From: the human T2T-CHM13v2.0 reference genome, Homo sapiens
Assembly: GCF_009914755.1 (NCBI RefSeq)
Contig: NC_060931.1
DNA length: 64,000 nucleotides
Strand: one strand, 5' to 3'
Below, piece by piece: positions 1-13,005 of this stretch. The position numbers and the translations under genes are program-made. Positions within the stretch are counted from its first letter, which is position 1, and every line of letters starts with the position of its first letter. The notes beneath the pieces were generated by a model. The model worked only from the letters and a program-made list of their open reading frames with translations. It was not told where the DNA came from and did no database searches.

Positions 1-260
1 CCATAAAAATATAGTAGATAAAATGAATAAGAGCTAGTATCTGATGGCACAATGGGGTGACTACCATCAGCAATAATTTGTTGTACATTTCAAAATAACC
101 AAAGAGTATAATTGAATTGTTTATAATACAAAGAATGATAAATGTTTGAAGTGATGATTACTGCATTTACCCTGATGTGATTATTACACAATGTATGCCT
201 GTATCAAAATATCTCATGTACCCCGTAAATATATGCACCGACTTTATACCTACAATATTT
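1..260 (+). mobile_element. L1 3' end (L1MA-type), truncated by window edge
   Basis: Typical L1MA 3'UTR motifs: tttaccctgatgtgattattacaca, gtatcaaaatatctcatgtacccc. Confidence 0.85.
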
Positions 261-1873
261 TTCTAATGTACCCTATTCTAAAAAAAATACTATGCAAAGC
301 AAAAATGTAAAACAAAAATGAAGGACAGCCAGTATTTCTACCTGTATCCTGTCTCTATTTTAAATAAAACCACAAGAAAAAAGATATAACCACAGGAAAT
401 CAATCAATATTCACATAACTTATTATTAGTTGAAGTCTCTACCAGGAAGTATTGCAAACATTTCCATGATAAATTTTGTCATGTTTCTCATGGCTCATAA
501 ATTTCCCTTTCTATTTAAAAATTCCACCGTTTCATATACATTTAAGTATAAAGTAAGCCAATTATAGTGAAGTTATAAATCTATTGTACTAGCTATAGAT
601 ACAGAAATATGCACTAGGTTCACCAAGTCATGAACGGGAAATGTCTAATAAAATAATTCAAAATAGTGACATATCTCCTGCTAGTTTCTTCTAACTTTCA
701 GCTCAGTCTTGTCTGAAACAGTATTCACATATAAATAGGCTAATGGATGCTTCATTACACTATTCCCTAAAGTGCCTAAGTCTCAAATCTGATTCCTAGT
801 TGGAAAACAAAGCAAATCCTCAAGAGAGGCAAGGCCTACTGACTCAATATTTATTCATGATTCCTACTTTTATCTGATTTCCAGTTATTGAATACAAATG
901 TACTCTCAGCTTCTGTATTTCTTATATATATTATTCTCCTTTTTATATTTTAGGATAATGCTTATATTGTTTTTATTGTTTTTGTTTAATAATAAAATTT
1001 TAATGTATTCAGTATATCTTTAGTTACAACTTTAACACCATTCCATAGACCTTTATAGGTAGTGATTTTATTAATATTCTTTTCTGGGTAATTGCTAATT
1101 TTTATTTCCTGTTTGTCCCTACTGTTACTGAGAATAATCATTTTCAGTGTTTGAGTGATTCATCTTTTCTAATATTTCTTTATAATGACTTTGTATGTTT
1201 TCTGCATTGTTGTCAGAGATTGCAGCCCTTACAGTGTCTTATAAGTTTGACAGATGCAATATTTGTTCTCTGTCCATAGGGCACAAAGTCTGATTTAGTT
1301 TTTTAAACTAACATAATCATCTTATTCATATCCCATATATTATTACATAATATCACTTAAAGTCTCAATTTCAGTTGAGTCCTAAATACCTTTCTTAAGG
1401 CTAAGAGCAATGGCTTAGGTGCCAAGCATCATCCTTAAATGGCAATTCGAGGGGCTGGATGGCCTAGATGATAAATATGAGGAGAATATAAAGCCAGTTC
1501 TTCCAACATCAGCAGGTCACTCTGGATTGGATTTGCTGCAAATTAATGAAGATTAATCTTCAGGGCCTCTTCTCTTGCACAGGGCCCTTTCTAGACAATA
1601 AATAATGTTAATTAAAAGAGTATTTAATATTACTGAACCAGAAAACTTGAAACATCCTGAGATTTTATAACTCAAATATGAAAAAAACTTAATAGTAATT
1701 TTTGCATGTTACAATAATTTGTAAGAATAAGAATCCCAAAAATTTATATGGCAGTTCCAATAGAGATGTATAAAGGTAGAAACAACTTCTAAACTAATAA
1801 AAAATGTAATAAACCATGCCAGAGCAAAAATTGAAATACCTTCCTATTACGTGTATTGAAAAATCACATTTCT

Positions 1874-1910
1874 TGCACATGTACCTCTGAACCTAAAACA
1901 AAAGTTGAAG
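1874..1910 (+). mobile_element. 37-bp L1PA 3' terminal fragment with 14-bp TSD
   Basis: tgcacatgtacctctgaacctaaaacaaaagttg is the L1PA 3' tip; flanked by aaaatcacatttct (1860-1873) and aaaatcatatttct (1911-1924). Confidence 0.75.
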
Positions 1911-2090
1911 AAAATCATATTTCTAAATCACTGGAATATGAAGAGGAGATCAATGAATAGACGGCCAAAAGTTATATGGCTTTAGAGGTATGTCAGGCAG
2001 TTAATAAAAATATATATTTTTTATTTTGTGAGATTTATAGTATTTGTGAGATTTTCAAAATTTGTAACTAGTTCTGATTTCTTTTTATCT

Positions 2091-2386
2091 TTTATTTTTT
2101 TGAGATGAGTCTTGCTCTGTCACCCAGGCTGGAGTGCAGTGGCTTAATCTCGGCTCACCGCAACCTCCACCTCCCGATTTCAAGCAATTATCTGCCTCAG
2201 CCTCCCAAGTGGCTGGGATTACAGGTGCCCACCACCACACCCGGCTAGGCTAATTTTTTTGTATTTTTAGTAGAGATGGGGTTTCACCATCTTGGCCAGG
2301 ATGGTCTTGAACTCCTGACCTCATGATCCACCCACCTCGGCCTCCCAAAGTGCTGGGATTAGAGGTGTGAACCACCACGCCCAGCC
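2091..2386 (-). mobile_element. Alu (AluS)
   Basis: Full dimeric Alu, antisense; TSD tctttttatctt on both sides. Confidence 0.97.
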
Positions 2387-2539
2387 TCTTTTTATCTTCT
2401 AAATAAGAATTCACATTCATTCTTAATTTTTATTTGTTACTTTGGATTTTTTTTAAGGCTTCTCCAAAACTGTATCAGCCTCATGCCCCTCAAAAGATAG
2501 GCAATTCCCTAGTGGTCACGTACTTTCAATGGCAAAAGA

Positions 2540-3265
2540 TGATGTGTGGAAGAGTTGAAAAAGAAGATGCATTTGTATCCCCTCACCTCAAGCCAAATGA
2601 CTACAAGTTTCATGGACACAGAAGCTGAGGAAACTGTTAAATCACTGTGTGTCCCCACCTCCCTTTATTTACTGCCAACTATGAGGAAGGGTTTCTCCAT
2701 CACCTCAGCCAGGTGAGAAGGGCTATGAGAGAATCATAGCAAGACATCAGCATGTCCCCTGGAGAAATTGGTGCCTGACACTTCCTTCAAGATTTCTAAA
2801 GACTGGAGTTGTCTCTTTTTAGAAGTAAAGGGAAATCAGAGTGCTTGGGCACAAACTGCTCTTCCACGGAATAGGGCAAGGATGCCTGAGTTTCTCAAGA
2901 GTCAAGTTGTTCCCAGAAAGGGGACATACTTGGGAAATTTTAAGATTCCCCACTCAAGGGAACTACCTGGAGAGGCAAAAAGACCCCACAAGAGAGAAGC
3001 TGTATTGGGTGACCCCACCTCCTGCCTGGTTTCTGAGGAAGGAGAGAAAGTTTTCATTTAAATGAAATTTGGAGTTCTGATTATTGCATTGGACTGGATG
3101 TTTTAATTATTGAATTGTGATTGCTCTTGTGGCTCTGTGACCTGCCTGAGATATCATTCAACACTGAGGAAAGATCTAACTGAGTTTGAAGGGAGTAAGA
3201 GAAAAGAATAAAGTTGCTTTATAGTGTGTACCCTAATGAGCCCTAATTATTCAAGAACAGTTACA
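2540..3265 (+). mobile_element. Ancient LTR (MamGypLTR-like)
   Basis: LTR-like composition; AATAAA near the end and terminal gttaca; family assignment uncertain. Confidence 0.4.
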
Positions 3266-4069
3266 CTCCATTTACCTTTCACCTTCATAATTTACCAGAG
3301 ACTTAGATATTTATGTTAAAGCCTCCCTATTGTTTTTCTTCAGAGCTTCTTTTCTATTTTAACGAATATTTTTAAAAATTATTTTAAGGCTACATTACAT
3401 AGTACATAAAGGCTTATTATGTTTTAACCTCAACAAACATATAGACATAAATAGTGTCTACTTCTTTCTTTTTCTTTAGCATTGACCTAACTAAATTCAG
3501 CTTTGAGAGAAGAAGATGTAGTCTGAGTAATTTCTGTGGTTTGGAATTGTTTTAATTTTTTGTTGTCTTAAAAAATGATTTTAGACAAAAGTGATTCATG
3601 ACATTTGAAAGAAATATATATTCACTGTTTAAAGAAGGCAAGTTTTTCTATATCTACATCTATATTATGCATATCTACAGCCAGATATAAAGCAAAATTA
3701 TTTTTTCTCAAAAAAATCAATCAGAAAAAAGAAAGTACCTTCCTTATATTTGAAACCCATAGCAAGTTCCAAGAGGAGAAAAGGACAGAGTATAAAATTC
3801 TTCATTATGCTGAGCAGTGGACCTGATTTTCTCCAGGTCTTTAAGCCTATTTATGTATCCAAAAAAGGATGGAGATGACAGAGTTCCTCAATGTGATGAC
3901 TCTATATGCTCTCCCCAGAGCTCTTGCAACATGACAGAACTTTGCTAAGCCCATATTAGACTAGGAATGTGATCAACAAGGCAAAGATTTCGGGGAGAGG
4001 TCAAAAATTATTTCGGATATACTGGAGAACCAGAGTGGGGAGAAAACAGAATGGCACTCCCAAGCTGGC

Positions 4070-4580
4070 CAAATTTATGCAAGCTAAAAATGCTTATTAT
4101 CCTTCCGGCCAGCAGTTCCATTTATTAAGGTCTATCTTTAAAAAAAACATTGTACATCTACATAAAAAACCATGAACAAGAATTTTCAGGGAGCATTATT
4201 TTAAGAGCAAAAAAAAGGCAATCATCTAAATGCTCACCAACAGAAAGCTAACTAAATTATGCTACACCCATACCATGAAATACTGTAAGTAAAATTTATA
4301 TACTGACATGTGAGATGCATAAGACCCTACAAAAATGTTTAAATGAGGTTGCAAAAATGTATAAAGTCTGATCACATTTGTGAAAATATGTTTGTGTATG
4401 GTTTTGAACAAATGCCTAGGAAAGGTTTTGGAGGGATGTAAAACAAAGCTCTTCATGCTATACTTTTGGGAGGCAAATGGGGCTAGGGAGAGTGTGCTGA
4501 AGCGATGCTGAAGATAAACTTCTCAACTGATTAAACTTTACAATGAGAATATGTTCATGTATTAATTACATAAAAGATTA
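4070..4580 (+). mobile_element. Old L1 (L1ME) 3' fragment
   Basis: ccagcagttccattt...atctaaatgctcaccaacag...ccataccatgaaatact motifs. Confidence 0.65.
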
Positions 4581-5934
4581 TAATAGGAATATGGAAATCA
4601 TCCCTTTACAACTTGGAAGTTTGGATTTTTGTAACCCACAGAGCAAGCAAATGAAGCTGAATTCAATATGGATTATAAAGCTTTAGAATTTTGCATTTCC
4701 ATTTTATCATATAATACTAAAAAAATTGACTTTCATTGCCACTAAAAATTTTATAGTAAAAAAGTTCTTACCCATTGACAAAGGTGCTAGATTATAAATG
4801 CTACTAATAAATAAAGAAATCATTGGGTCGACATCCATAAATCGTAAGCATTTATTAAATATAGGATACATTTCTGGTACTATATTACACACAAATATCA
4901 CAAAGCATCTTGGAACTCAAGAAGGTAGAATGTAGTTACATTGTATCTGGTCTAATCAAAGAGATTCTAACAAATTACCAGATATGTTTACTTTCAATAT
5001 TATCATAGTTGACTGCTTGAATAAATGACAGTTAACTTCTGTTGTATTTGCCAGTCTGTATATCCATAATAAAATACAAAATGCTAATAAAAATATTACA
5101 TTGAATAGATAATATTGTCACTATTTCAAAACATGAGGAGCTGACAGTAAAAGACTTTGCTTACGGCCACTAGGCAAATAAATGTCAGAATCAGAATGTA
5201 ATTCTGTTTCTAATGGGGCTACATATTTTATATCTTTCCATTCTTTCAAAATACCTCCTCCCTACCCATGTGGCAATTTAGAAAGGATTGCAAGAAAATA
5301 CAATGGAGTGCTCCTCTCCACTTTATTTTTTTAAGTTTTAGAGCTGAAATAGTTAAGTTTCAAGAACTGTTAAATTTTCTAGCCCAGAGCATTGCATTGC
5401 TCATAAATATTAGAAATCAATTACTGTAAAATGGCCTATTACATGTATTTTAATTCATTTTTAAAAACAATTCAGATTTAGTCTTTTCTGGCCTTTTCCT
5501 GTTTTTAAGAAGTCTTGCAGAAAAAAATGTATTATTTATACTTTCTGAAATTTTTCCAGCTTAAGGTTTAACAAGTATTATTTGAAAGAGGCCAATACTC
5601 CTGAGTAGTTCAGATATTTGAGCTTTAACATTAATTATGCCCTTTAGTTGGATTGCTTCTATTTTAGGTTATAGTTGAAGTCGTAGACAATGGTATTGTT
5701 GATGGGGGCATAGGGTTGTTGGTTAGAGGAATAAGAAAAGGTAAAATGATTGAAAAACCGGTAATTTCAGAGCATAGACACTGTGAAAGAGCTGATACAG
5801 ATGTCTGTCATCAGCCATAGGAGGCTGGGGGTCAGGAAGTATCAGGAAACAGGAAAGATGTAAAGAAATGACAGTGAAAGTGAACTTGATTATAAAAATA
5901 ATATTGATAACACCATTATTAGAAATGTCACTAC

Positions 5935-6125
5935 CAATAATGATTGGCATTTATAGTGTGCTTTACCAAGTGCCAGGCACTGATAAGCACTTTACATATG
6001 TTATTTCACTTAATCCTTACAGAAACCTTACAATATATTTTTATGCCCATTCTATAGATGAAGAAATGGTGGCTTAGAGATGTTGAGCAACTTGACCAGT
6101 TTACACATTAGTAAGTACTCTGATC
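5935..6125 (-). mobile_element. MIR SINE
   Basis: gtgccaggcactgataagcactttacatatgttatttcacttaatcct...cccattctatagatgaagaaa is the MIR core. Confidence 0.85.
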
Positions 6126-6416
6126 CATCCAGAATAATTTTTAATATTTCTAGGAGGATCAGATCTCATATACAATGTGGAAATTCTCCAAGTTAATTCC
6201 ATGAAATGTGGATTTATTTTGTGCTCAGAAATATAAGTAGAAACCTATAGCTAGATTTCCATTCCATGGCCGAAATTTTATTTTCTTCCAAGTGCCCTTC
6301 AAGAGGACTTAGAGCACAAAGGAAAAAATGATCTGTGAAAGTCAAGGAAAAGCTGACAATTGAAACCATGATTCCTAATCTAATGCCTTTCCATTGCTTT
6401 GCATTTCATATGAACA

Positions 6417-6482
6417 TCTCTCTGTGTGTCTCTCTCTTCTCTCTGTCTCTCTCTCTCTCTCTCTCCCTTTCTCTCTCTTCTC
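6417..6482. repeat. (CT)n-rich simple repeat
   Basis: Direct reading. Confidence 0.9.
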
Positions 6483-7747
6483 CCTACACCCCTTCCTCTT
6501 ATTTTTCCTTGCTTTGAAGATTAAGATTCTCCATCTCAGTCCCTCTGCTTCCCTCACTATTTTAGTTTTCATGTGGTTTGGGCCCACTATGGCTTTGATT
6601 TCAGCTTGGACTCTACATGACCTCATTGTGAGCTCATCACTGTTACCTGACATAGGTGTGTCAATGTCAAATTCCCAAGATCCTGCATTCCGATGAACCT
6701 GAATTGCATCACTTTTCCACTTCTGGTGCAATTGGTTGTTGTCATGGCCCCTATAATAATGGAGCTGCCTCCTTTGAGGGCTTGTAATTGGGATGTTTTT
6801 GCTAAGAAAAGAGCATGAACGGGGAAGAAATAATTTGTATTTTTAGAACAATAGCATTGAAGCAGTAGGTGGAGAAGCCAAACTTCTGAAAGGAGAGGAG
6901 CCTTTCAGTTAGGAAATAACCTGTGAGAACAGCCAGAATAGCAAAGGCTCTTCTCATCTTACGCTGTCTCATCTTTTTTTGTCTTCTGCTTTTTCTTTGC
7001 TTCATTTAATTACTAAAACTTTTATTTTTAACCTTCTCATTATTAAGGAATTTGTCAAGAGAAAGTAGATCTTTGTTTAATATCACTAGACTATGGGTAA
7101 CTAAAAGGGAAGGACTCTTGTTATTTAACTCTGCGTCCTTAGCAACCAGCAAAGGGTCTGGGTTCTTGCACTTGTTTAATAAATATTTGCCGAAAGACTC
7201 AGACCTGGAGCAGACCACCCCAGGGAGGCAGATGTTGTGTTAGTAGAAGCAGACCATGATCAAGGGCAGAGGTGATTGGGCAATCAGGGCAGGCAGTGAA
7301 AGAGAATTTCAGAAGCTTACAAATCAACTGTAAATATGATGTTAGTATTTCTGAGCACATAATAGCCAGATGAAACTGGGAATAGACAGACTACTGTGCT
7401 TGGGGTGAAGCGTAAGCACTTAATAGAACAAAATTGTTCATTCCAGTACTACCAGCAATAGCTCAAAACTCAAAGGGCTTTGTGGTGCTTTAAACCTTTC
7501 TTTAAAACTCTGCAACTATGACTGATAGTAACACAGTATACCCTTTTCATTCAGGCAATTGGCTCACACCTTCGTCCTATCTTACTCCCACCACTGAGCA
7601 TCTAAGAAGCCTCCTTGTGAGTGGGTAGCTATAGGCTTTTGTCCTGACACTCTTGCCAAGTTACCAAACAATAGTATACTAAAGAGATAGATAGCATGGG
7701 CCAAACAGAGATAAATGATGTTTTTCACCAAGTTTCCTGAACCCATT

Positions 7748-8312
7748 AAAAATGTGGTGTATGTATCACATTATATAATATGTACATAATAATATATAAT
7801 AATATTCCATTATATAATGAAATATTATATATACTATATTTAATGGAATATTGTTAAATATATAATGGAATGTTATTATATATATAAAATATTCCATTTT
7901 ATTCATATAAAATATATGATTTCATTCTTTTCATGGCTGAATATAATATGCCATTATATTCAGCCATGAAAAGAATGAAATCATATATTTTGCAGCAACA
8001 TGGATGAAACTGGAAGTCACTGTCTTAAGTGAAGCAAGCCCAGCACAGAAAGTTAGATATTGCATCCTCTCACTCATAGGTGGATGCTAAGAAATGTGTC
8101 ACATGGATGTAGAGAGTGGAATTATAGACAATGGAGACTTAGAAGGGTGATGGGGTGGGAGGAGGGTGGATGATGAGAAGTTAGTTAATGGGTATAACGT
8201 ACATTATTTGGGTGATGGATACCCTAAAAACCCTGACTTGACCACTACATGATCTATGCATATAAAAAATTACACAAGTACCCAATACTTTTGTACAAAT
8301 ATTTTATAAAAA
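7748..8312 (+). mobile_element. L1 3' end (L1PB-type) with internal AT-rich expansion and hairpin
   Basis: cagccatgaaaagaatgaaatc...gcaacatggatgaaactgga...gggtgatggataccctaaaaaccctgacttgaccact. Confidence 0.9.
7909..7991. repeat. Perfect inverted repeat, 39-bp arms, 5-nt loop
   Basis: 7909-7947 aaaatatatgatttcattcttttcatggctgaatataat is the exact reverse complement of 7953-7991; loop atgcc. Confidence 0.97.
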
Positions 8313-9931
8313 GCTTTGCCTCCAATCCATAGCAATCCCCTTTGATTTGTGGAAGAGTCAAAATGAATGGTAAAGATAGATTTTCTTTTCATAATCTTTT
8401 ACTTGGTAACTAATCTCACTGAAAATGCATGAAAAGGAAGTGGGCTAGGGAAGCAAGGGGAACCATGACTAAATCATTCTGTTTCAGTCTCTGCATATTT
8501 TACTTTAACATAAATTAATCTAATAGTCTCCTTCTTTCAAGAACTACCATTTCTCTCCATCAGTATACTGACAAAAAATTGTCCTCCATAAAAATATGGG
8601 AAATGAGTATAAGTTTTAAGAAGTCTGATGTTCACAAGTATTTAATCATAAAATTTAATTTGCAAAAAAGGTGACTAACTTTCTGAATGTCCCTTTGGAG
8701 ATTTTGATTAATGTCTTACTATGGAGGGCACAGCCTTTGAAATACCTTGTGATCTTGCATTACATGGGGTCAGGTGAGACTTCAATTTATCAGAGAGCCA
8801 AATTTCACTCTGACAATGAAAGTGACTCCTTGGGCACCTCATACTTTTCCTTTAAAAAGCCTCTGCTTTTTCTAAATTACATATTTAGCTCCTGTGTTAC
8901 TCTTATCTCTTTTAATGCAGGGCTTGGCTCTAATGCAACTATCACAGGTGGACCAGGACCTGCTCTTGCCTGGCAAGAGCCTGTGGAACTTCAAATTCAC
9001 ACTTCAGGAAAATTTCATTTTCCCTCATATTAATTGTGATGTCAGACTCAAAATATTTCCTAGCTCCAAGTGAAATGTTTTCTTTTCCCCCCACATTCCC
9101 TCTCCCTAGTCCAGTATTATGGAACTAAAACTACAAATGCTGCTAAATCTCTTAAAATATGAGACATTGACATGGAGTATCTGCTGACATAGTTGGGTGA
9201 TGTTTAAACAAATAATATAGCAATCTTCACTGAACTTCTCCTACCTGTAAAGCAATATGTGTTATAGGGGATACAGAGATATTTAGGGCCTAGCTGCATT
9301 TATAGTGTAATGGGATGATATATGTATAAGAACTTCTAGCATATAGTGTAAGGCAAGGCAAGATATGTGCCAAATCAATGTCATGATCAGCAAATTCTAA
9401 TAGATGAACAAAATGTACAAATCCCTACAGGTAGAGTTTTGGAGATAGGTTCTGGTTTGAGTAAAGAAAGATGGGCAGGGTAGTTGGAATGGAGTTGGTA
9501 AGGGCATGAATAAGTTTACAGGTACAATGAATCAACACATTGGTTGGTGGAGCACGTGCTGGAGAAAAGTTTGGGACATTAGTCTGGAAATTTGATACTG
9601 ACGCCAGTCTGTGGAAGGCAAACTGAGGATTGCAAAATAAGTTTCATGGTGATATAATACTACTGAAAATTTTTGAGCAGTTATGTGATATAGTGAATAC
9701 ATTAAGCTTTAGGAAGAGTATTATGGCACCTGTGTGAACCCTTCAACTAGTATATATGCTGTATGATGAAGGGACTGTCAGTCATGCTTCTCATGATATT
9801 CTATGACACATGGTACATGTCTAGTAAAATATATGTTGAGTAACTGAAAAAAAGAAGAAAATGCCCGGAGGAAGTGAATCAATAAATCTTGTAGTTTTCT
9901 TGGACCAGAGGAAATAAGCTTATGTTCCAGA

Positions 9932-10136
9932 ACAATGGCTCCCAAATGGAGGTGATTTAGCCTCCCAAGAGACATTTAGCAACACTTGTAGACATTTTTT
10001 TTCACAACTCAGGGGATGTTACTGGTATCTGGAAGGTAAAAGGCAAGGATGATGCTAACTGTTCTACAAAACACAAAACAGCCTCTCAAGACAAAGAATT
10101 ATCCATCCCCAAGTGTACATAGTGCCAAGGTTGAGT
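9932..10136 (+). mobile_element. MER20 (hAT-Charlie)
   Basis: Collinear with MER20 consensus: gacattt...tcacaact...actggtatct...acaaagaattatcc...atagtgccaaggttgag. Confidence 0.85.
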
Positions 10137-11257
10137 GGACCAGATCTAGAAGGAAGGCAGTCAAAAGAGAAAAAATAGAGATAAGACAAAGGATAGCTGT
10201 AAGAACTTGGTGACTGCTTTCATACAGAGGAGCAAAGGAGAACAAAGGCCAAAGATTACATGGGAATTCTCTTCTGGGTCACTCTGGAATCGTGACACTA
10301 CAGGCAAAACTGGAGCCCAGAAAAGAGGCCAAATTGTTCATGTCTGTGTGTTGGTGAGTTTGGTTTAGATTTGCAGAATTTATGAAAAAGGTAAAATCTA
10401 CTAATATAATTGTCTATTGGATGCTGGGGATGCTGGACTAGAAGTTAGGGGAAAAGTTAGGACTAATGTTCTAACTATGGTGGCTGACAAAGCTGATATG
10501 AGTCTTACCTTCATGGGGAGTTCAGTGGAGGAGGTGGGCATTAAATGGATAGTCTCTAGTATATCAGTATAATTGGAAATTGTAAGTTCTGTAAAAGAAA
10601 TGTATAGTTTCTATGTGAAAGCATAACAGGCATCATCAGGACATATCTGTGGACTGGGAAATGCCTCTCTTAGCAAATGACATTTATACTGAACAATGAG
10701 TATGACTGCCACCAGGCAAAGAACAGGGAGAAAATATTGAAAGCGGTTGAAATGGCATGGGTGAAGGCTATGAGGCAGACAAAAATAGGTGGGTTTAACG
10801 AACAGAAGGAAGTGAATGAGCTGCAGAGAGAAAAGGGTGGGAAGTACAAGAGGTTGAAGAAATAGGCAGGGGATGAGCCCAGGGTTCATGCTAAAACTTC
10901 TGAATATAATCCAGTTGTAATAGGAAATGATTGAAAATTTTAAGCAGAGAACTGAGAAAATCCATTTTACATTTTTAAAAGAATGTATTTTATATTTTTA
11001 CAATTTTAAAATTGGTTATTATTCATATATGGAGAATAAATTGGAGGATCCAAGAGTAGAAATAGGGAGATAAAGAGTTGGCTATTGCAGTTGGCAAGGC
11101 AAGAGATAACGGCAGCTTGGACTAAAGTGATAAATTGTTGGAAGAGAAATTTGAGAAAAGTCACATTATTCAAGTGACATTCTTGAAGCAGAATTCTTGG
11201 GGAGGTGATGGATTGGATAAGAAGAATAACAGAAAGGGGAGTATTCAGGTTGATAGC

Positions 11258-11712
11258 TCTATTAGTCTCCTGAGGCTGCTGTAACAAATGACCACAAACT
11301 GGGTGGCTTACAACAACTGAAATTTATCTTCTCACAGTTCCAAAGGGCAGAAATCCGAACTCCAGGTGTCAACAGGGCCACACTTCCACTGAAGGCTCTA
11401 GGAGGGAATTCTTCCTTGCTTCTTTCAGCTTCTAGTGGCTCCAGGCGTTCGTTGGCTTGTGGCTGGAAAACACCAATTTTCTCCTCTGTCTACACATAGT
11501 CTTCTCCTCTTCTCTCACTTAAATCTTTTTCAGCTTTTCTCCCATAAAAACATTTGTCATTGGATTTAGGATCTACCTGAATAACCGGGATGATATAATC
11601 TTGAGATATTTAATTACATCTGAAAAGACCCTTTTTCCAAATAAAGTCACATTCATGGTTCAGGGATATGGACATATCTTTTAGGGGACATATCCCTATT
11701 CACTCCACTACA
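11258..11712 (-). mobile_element. MaLR solo LTR (MLT1C/B-like)
   Basis: ggctgctgtaacaaatgaccacaaactgggtggctta...aaggctctaggagggaatt...aaagaccctttttccaaataaagtcacattc. Confidence 0.9.
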
Positions 11713-11837
11713 ATGGCTATGTATCTGGCTTTAATAATTGCGTAGGATAAGATTGAAGAAGAAGCAAAGTTTAGGGGAAGGATCAAGAGTTCAGTTTAGA
11801 TACATTATATTGAGATGCCTGTGAAATAGTAAAAAGA

Positions 11838-12080
11838 AGCCGGATGTGGTGGCTCACGCCTGTAATCCCAGCACTTTGGGAGGCCAAGGCAGGTGGATCA
11901 CTTGAGGTCAGGCCAGCCTGGCCAATATGGTGAAACCCTTTCTCTATGAAAAATAAAACAATCAGTCCAGCATGGTGGCGCATGCCTGTAGTCCCAGCTA
12001 CTCGGAAGGCTGAGGCAGGATAATGGCACTCCAGCCTGGGTGACAAAGCAAGACTCTGTCTCAAAACAAAACAAAACAAA
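11838..12080 (+). mobile_element. Alu with two internal deletions, (CAAAA)n tail
   Basis: Alu head; lacks agttcgaga after gaggtcagg and ~50 bp of the right arm. Confidence 0.93.
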
Positions 12081-12834
12081 TACTAAGGAGAGATGTCAAG
12101 TAGACAGTTTAATAAATAGTTCAGAAGAGGTTGATGTTTGTTATTCAAAGCCTGGGATGAGTGAGATTGCTGAGGGCAATTGTTTAGTGAGAAAATAAAC
12201 CACGATTGTTATTTGAAAATTCCAAGTTTGAGACATATAGTAGAAGATTCGGAGCTAGCAAAAGAGTTCAAAAATGAACTGCCAGAGATGTGGAAGTGAA
12301 AAGAAGAGACTGGAGTACTTGAATGGTGGTGAGTAAAGGTGAACAATCAGGTTTATGCAAAGTTTCATCAGGTACGTATGTAAGGAAAGAAAATTGAGAG
12401 TATTTTAAGAAAAGAGGGGTTATTCCTAAAGAGGGAAAATTTAGCATATTCAGCATATTCATATTCAGCAATTGTAATAGTGATTACAACTACCAATAGA
12501 AAGAGGCAAGATTAGATTCTTGACTATTGAACCCTGGTGTATATCTGTATTTTGATATCAAAATTAGTCATTAAAAAGGAGAAAGAGAAATCACAGGGGT
12601 GCAATAGCAATAACGTAGAACTCCTAAATTTAAGGGAAGTAAAGTTAACTTCTACATATACTGGTAAAATGTTAAAATTGGATTTCTAAGGAGAATGATG
12701 AAATAAATGTGAATAACATTAAAGTTAAGTGTGAAACTTGGAGCTGCTCTTCAAGTTAATTACATATCCTAAAAGTGGGTGTTTTATTATGAAAATATGT
12801 TCCAGACAAGAACTCCAGTAACTAGAGTATCATG

Positions 12835-13005
12835 ATGGGCTGAACACTGGAACCTTGGGATTCTCTACTTCTCTGCTATGAACTTGCTGTGTGACTTTGG
12901 GTAATTCATTTCACTTTTCTGAGCCTGACTCAGTTTCTGCCCCCATAAATAGTTTTGAGCTACATAATCTCTGAAGTTCTCTTGAGTTCTAGATATGATG
13001 ACTCA
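12835..13005 (+). mobile_element. MIR/MIR3
   Basis: gctgtgtgactttgggtaattcatttcacttttctgagcct...cagtttc. Confidence 0.75.

Larger units (their letters stand above)
1540..2500 (+). mobile_element. hAT DNA transposon remnant (Zaphod/Tip100-like), interrupted by an L1 tip and an Alu
   Basis: 1813-1970 translates TMPEQKLKYLPITCIEK...KSLEYEEEINE*TAK, resembling the hAT C-terminal dimerisation domain (TMSQERLNYLSILSIE...SYEEVINEFA); cttcagggcc-type ends. Confidence 0.65.
10150..12340 (-). mobile_element. Fragmented L2 interrupted by MLT1 and Alu
   Basis: Purine-rich L2 antisense motifs (cttcatggggagttcagt, ttttaagcagag, tcaagagttcagttttag, ggagatgtcaagtagacagtt). Confidence 0.7.

Noticed and set aside
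6375-6731. Overlapping ORFs with hydrophobic or RE-rich stretches
   Set aside because: Products of the (CT)n microsatellite.
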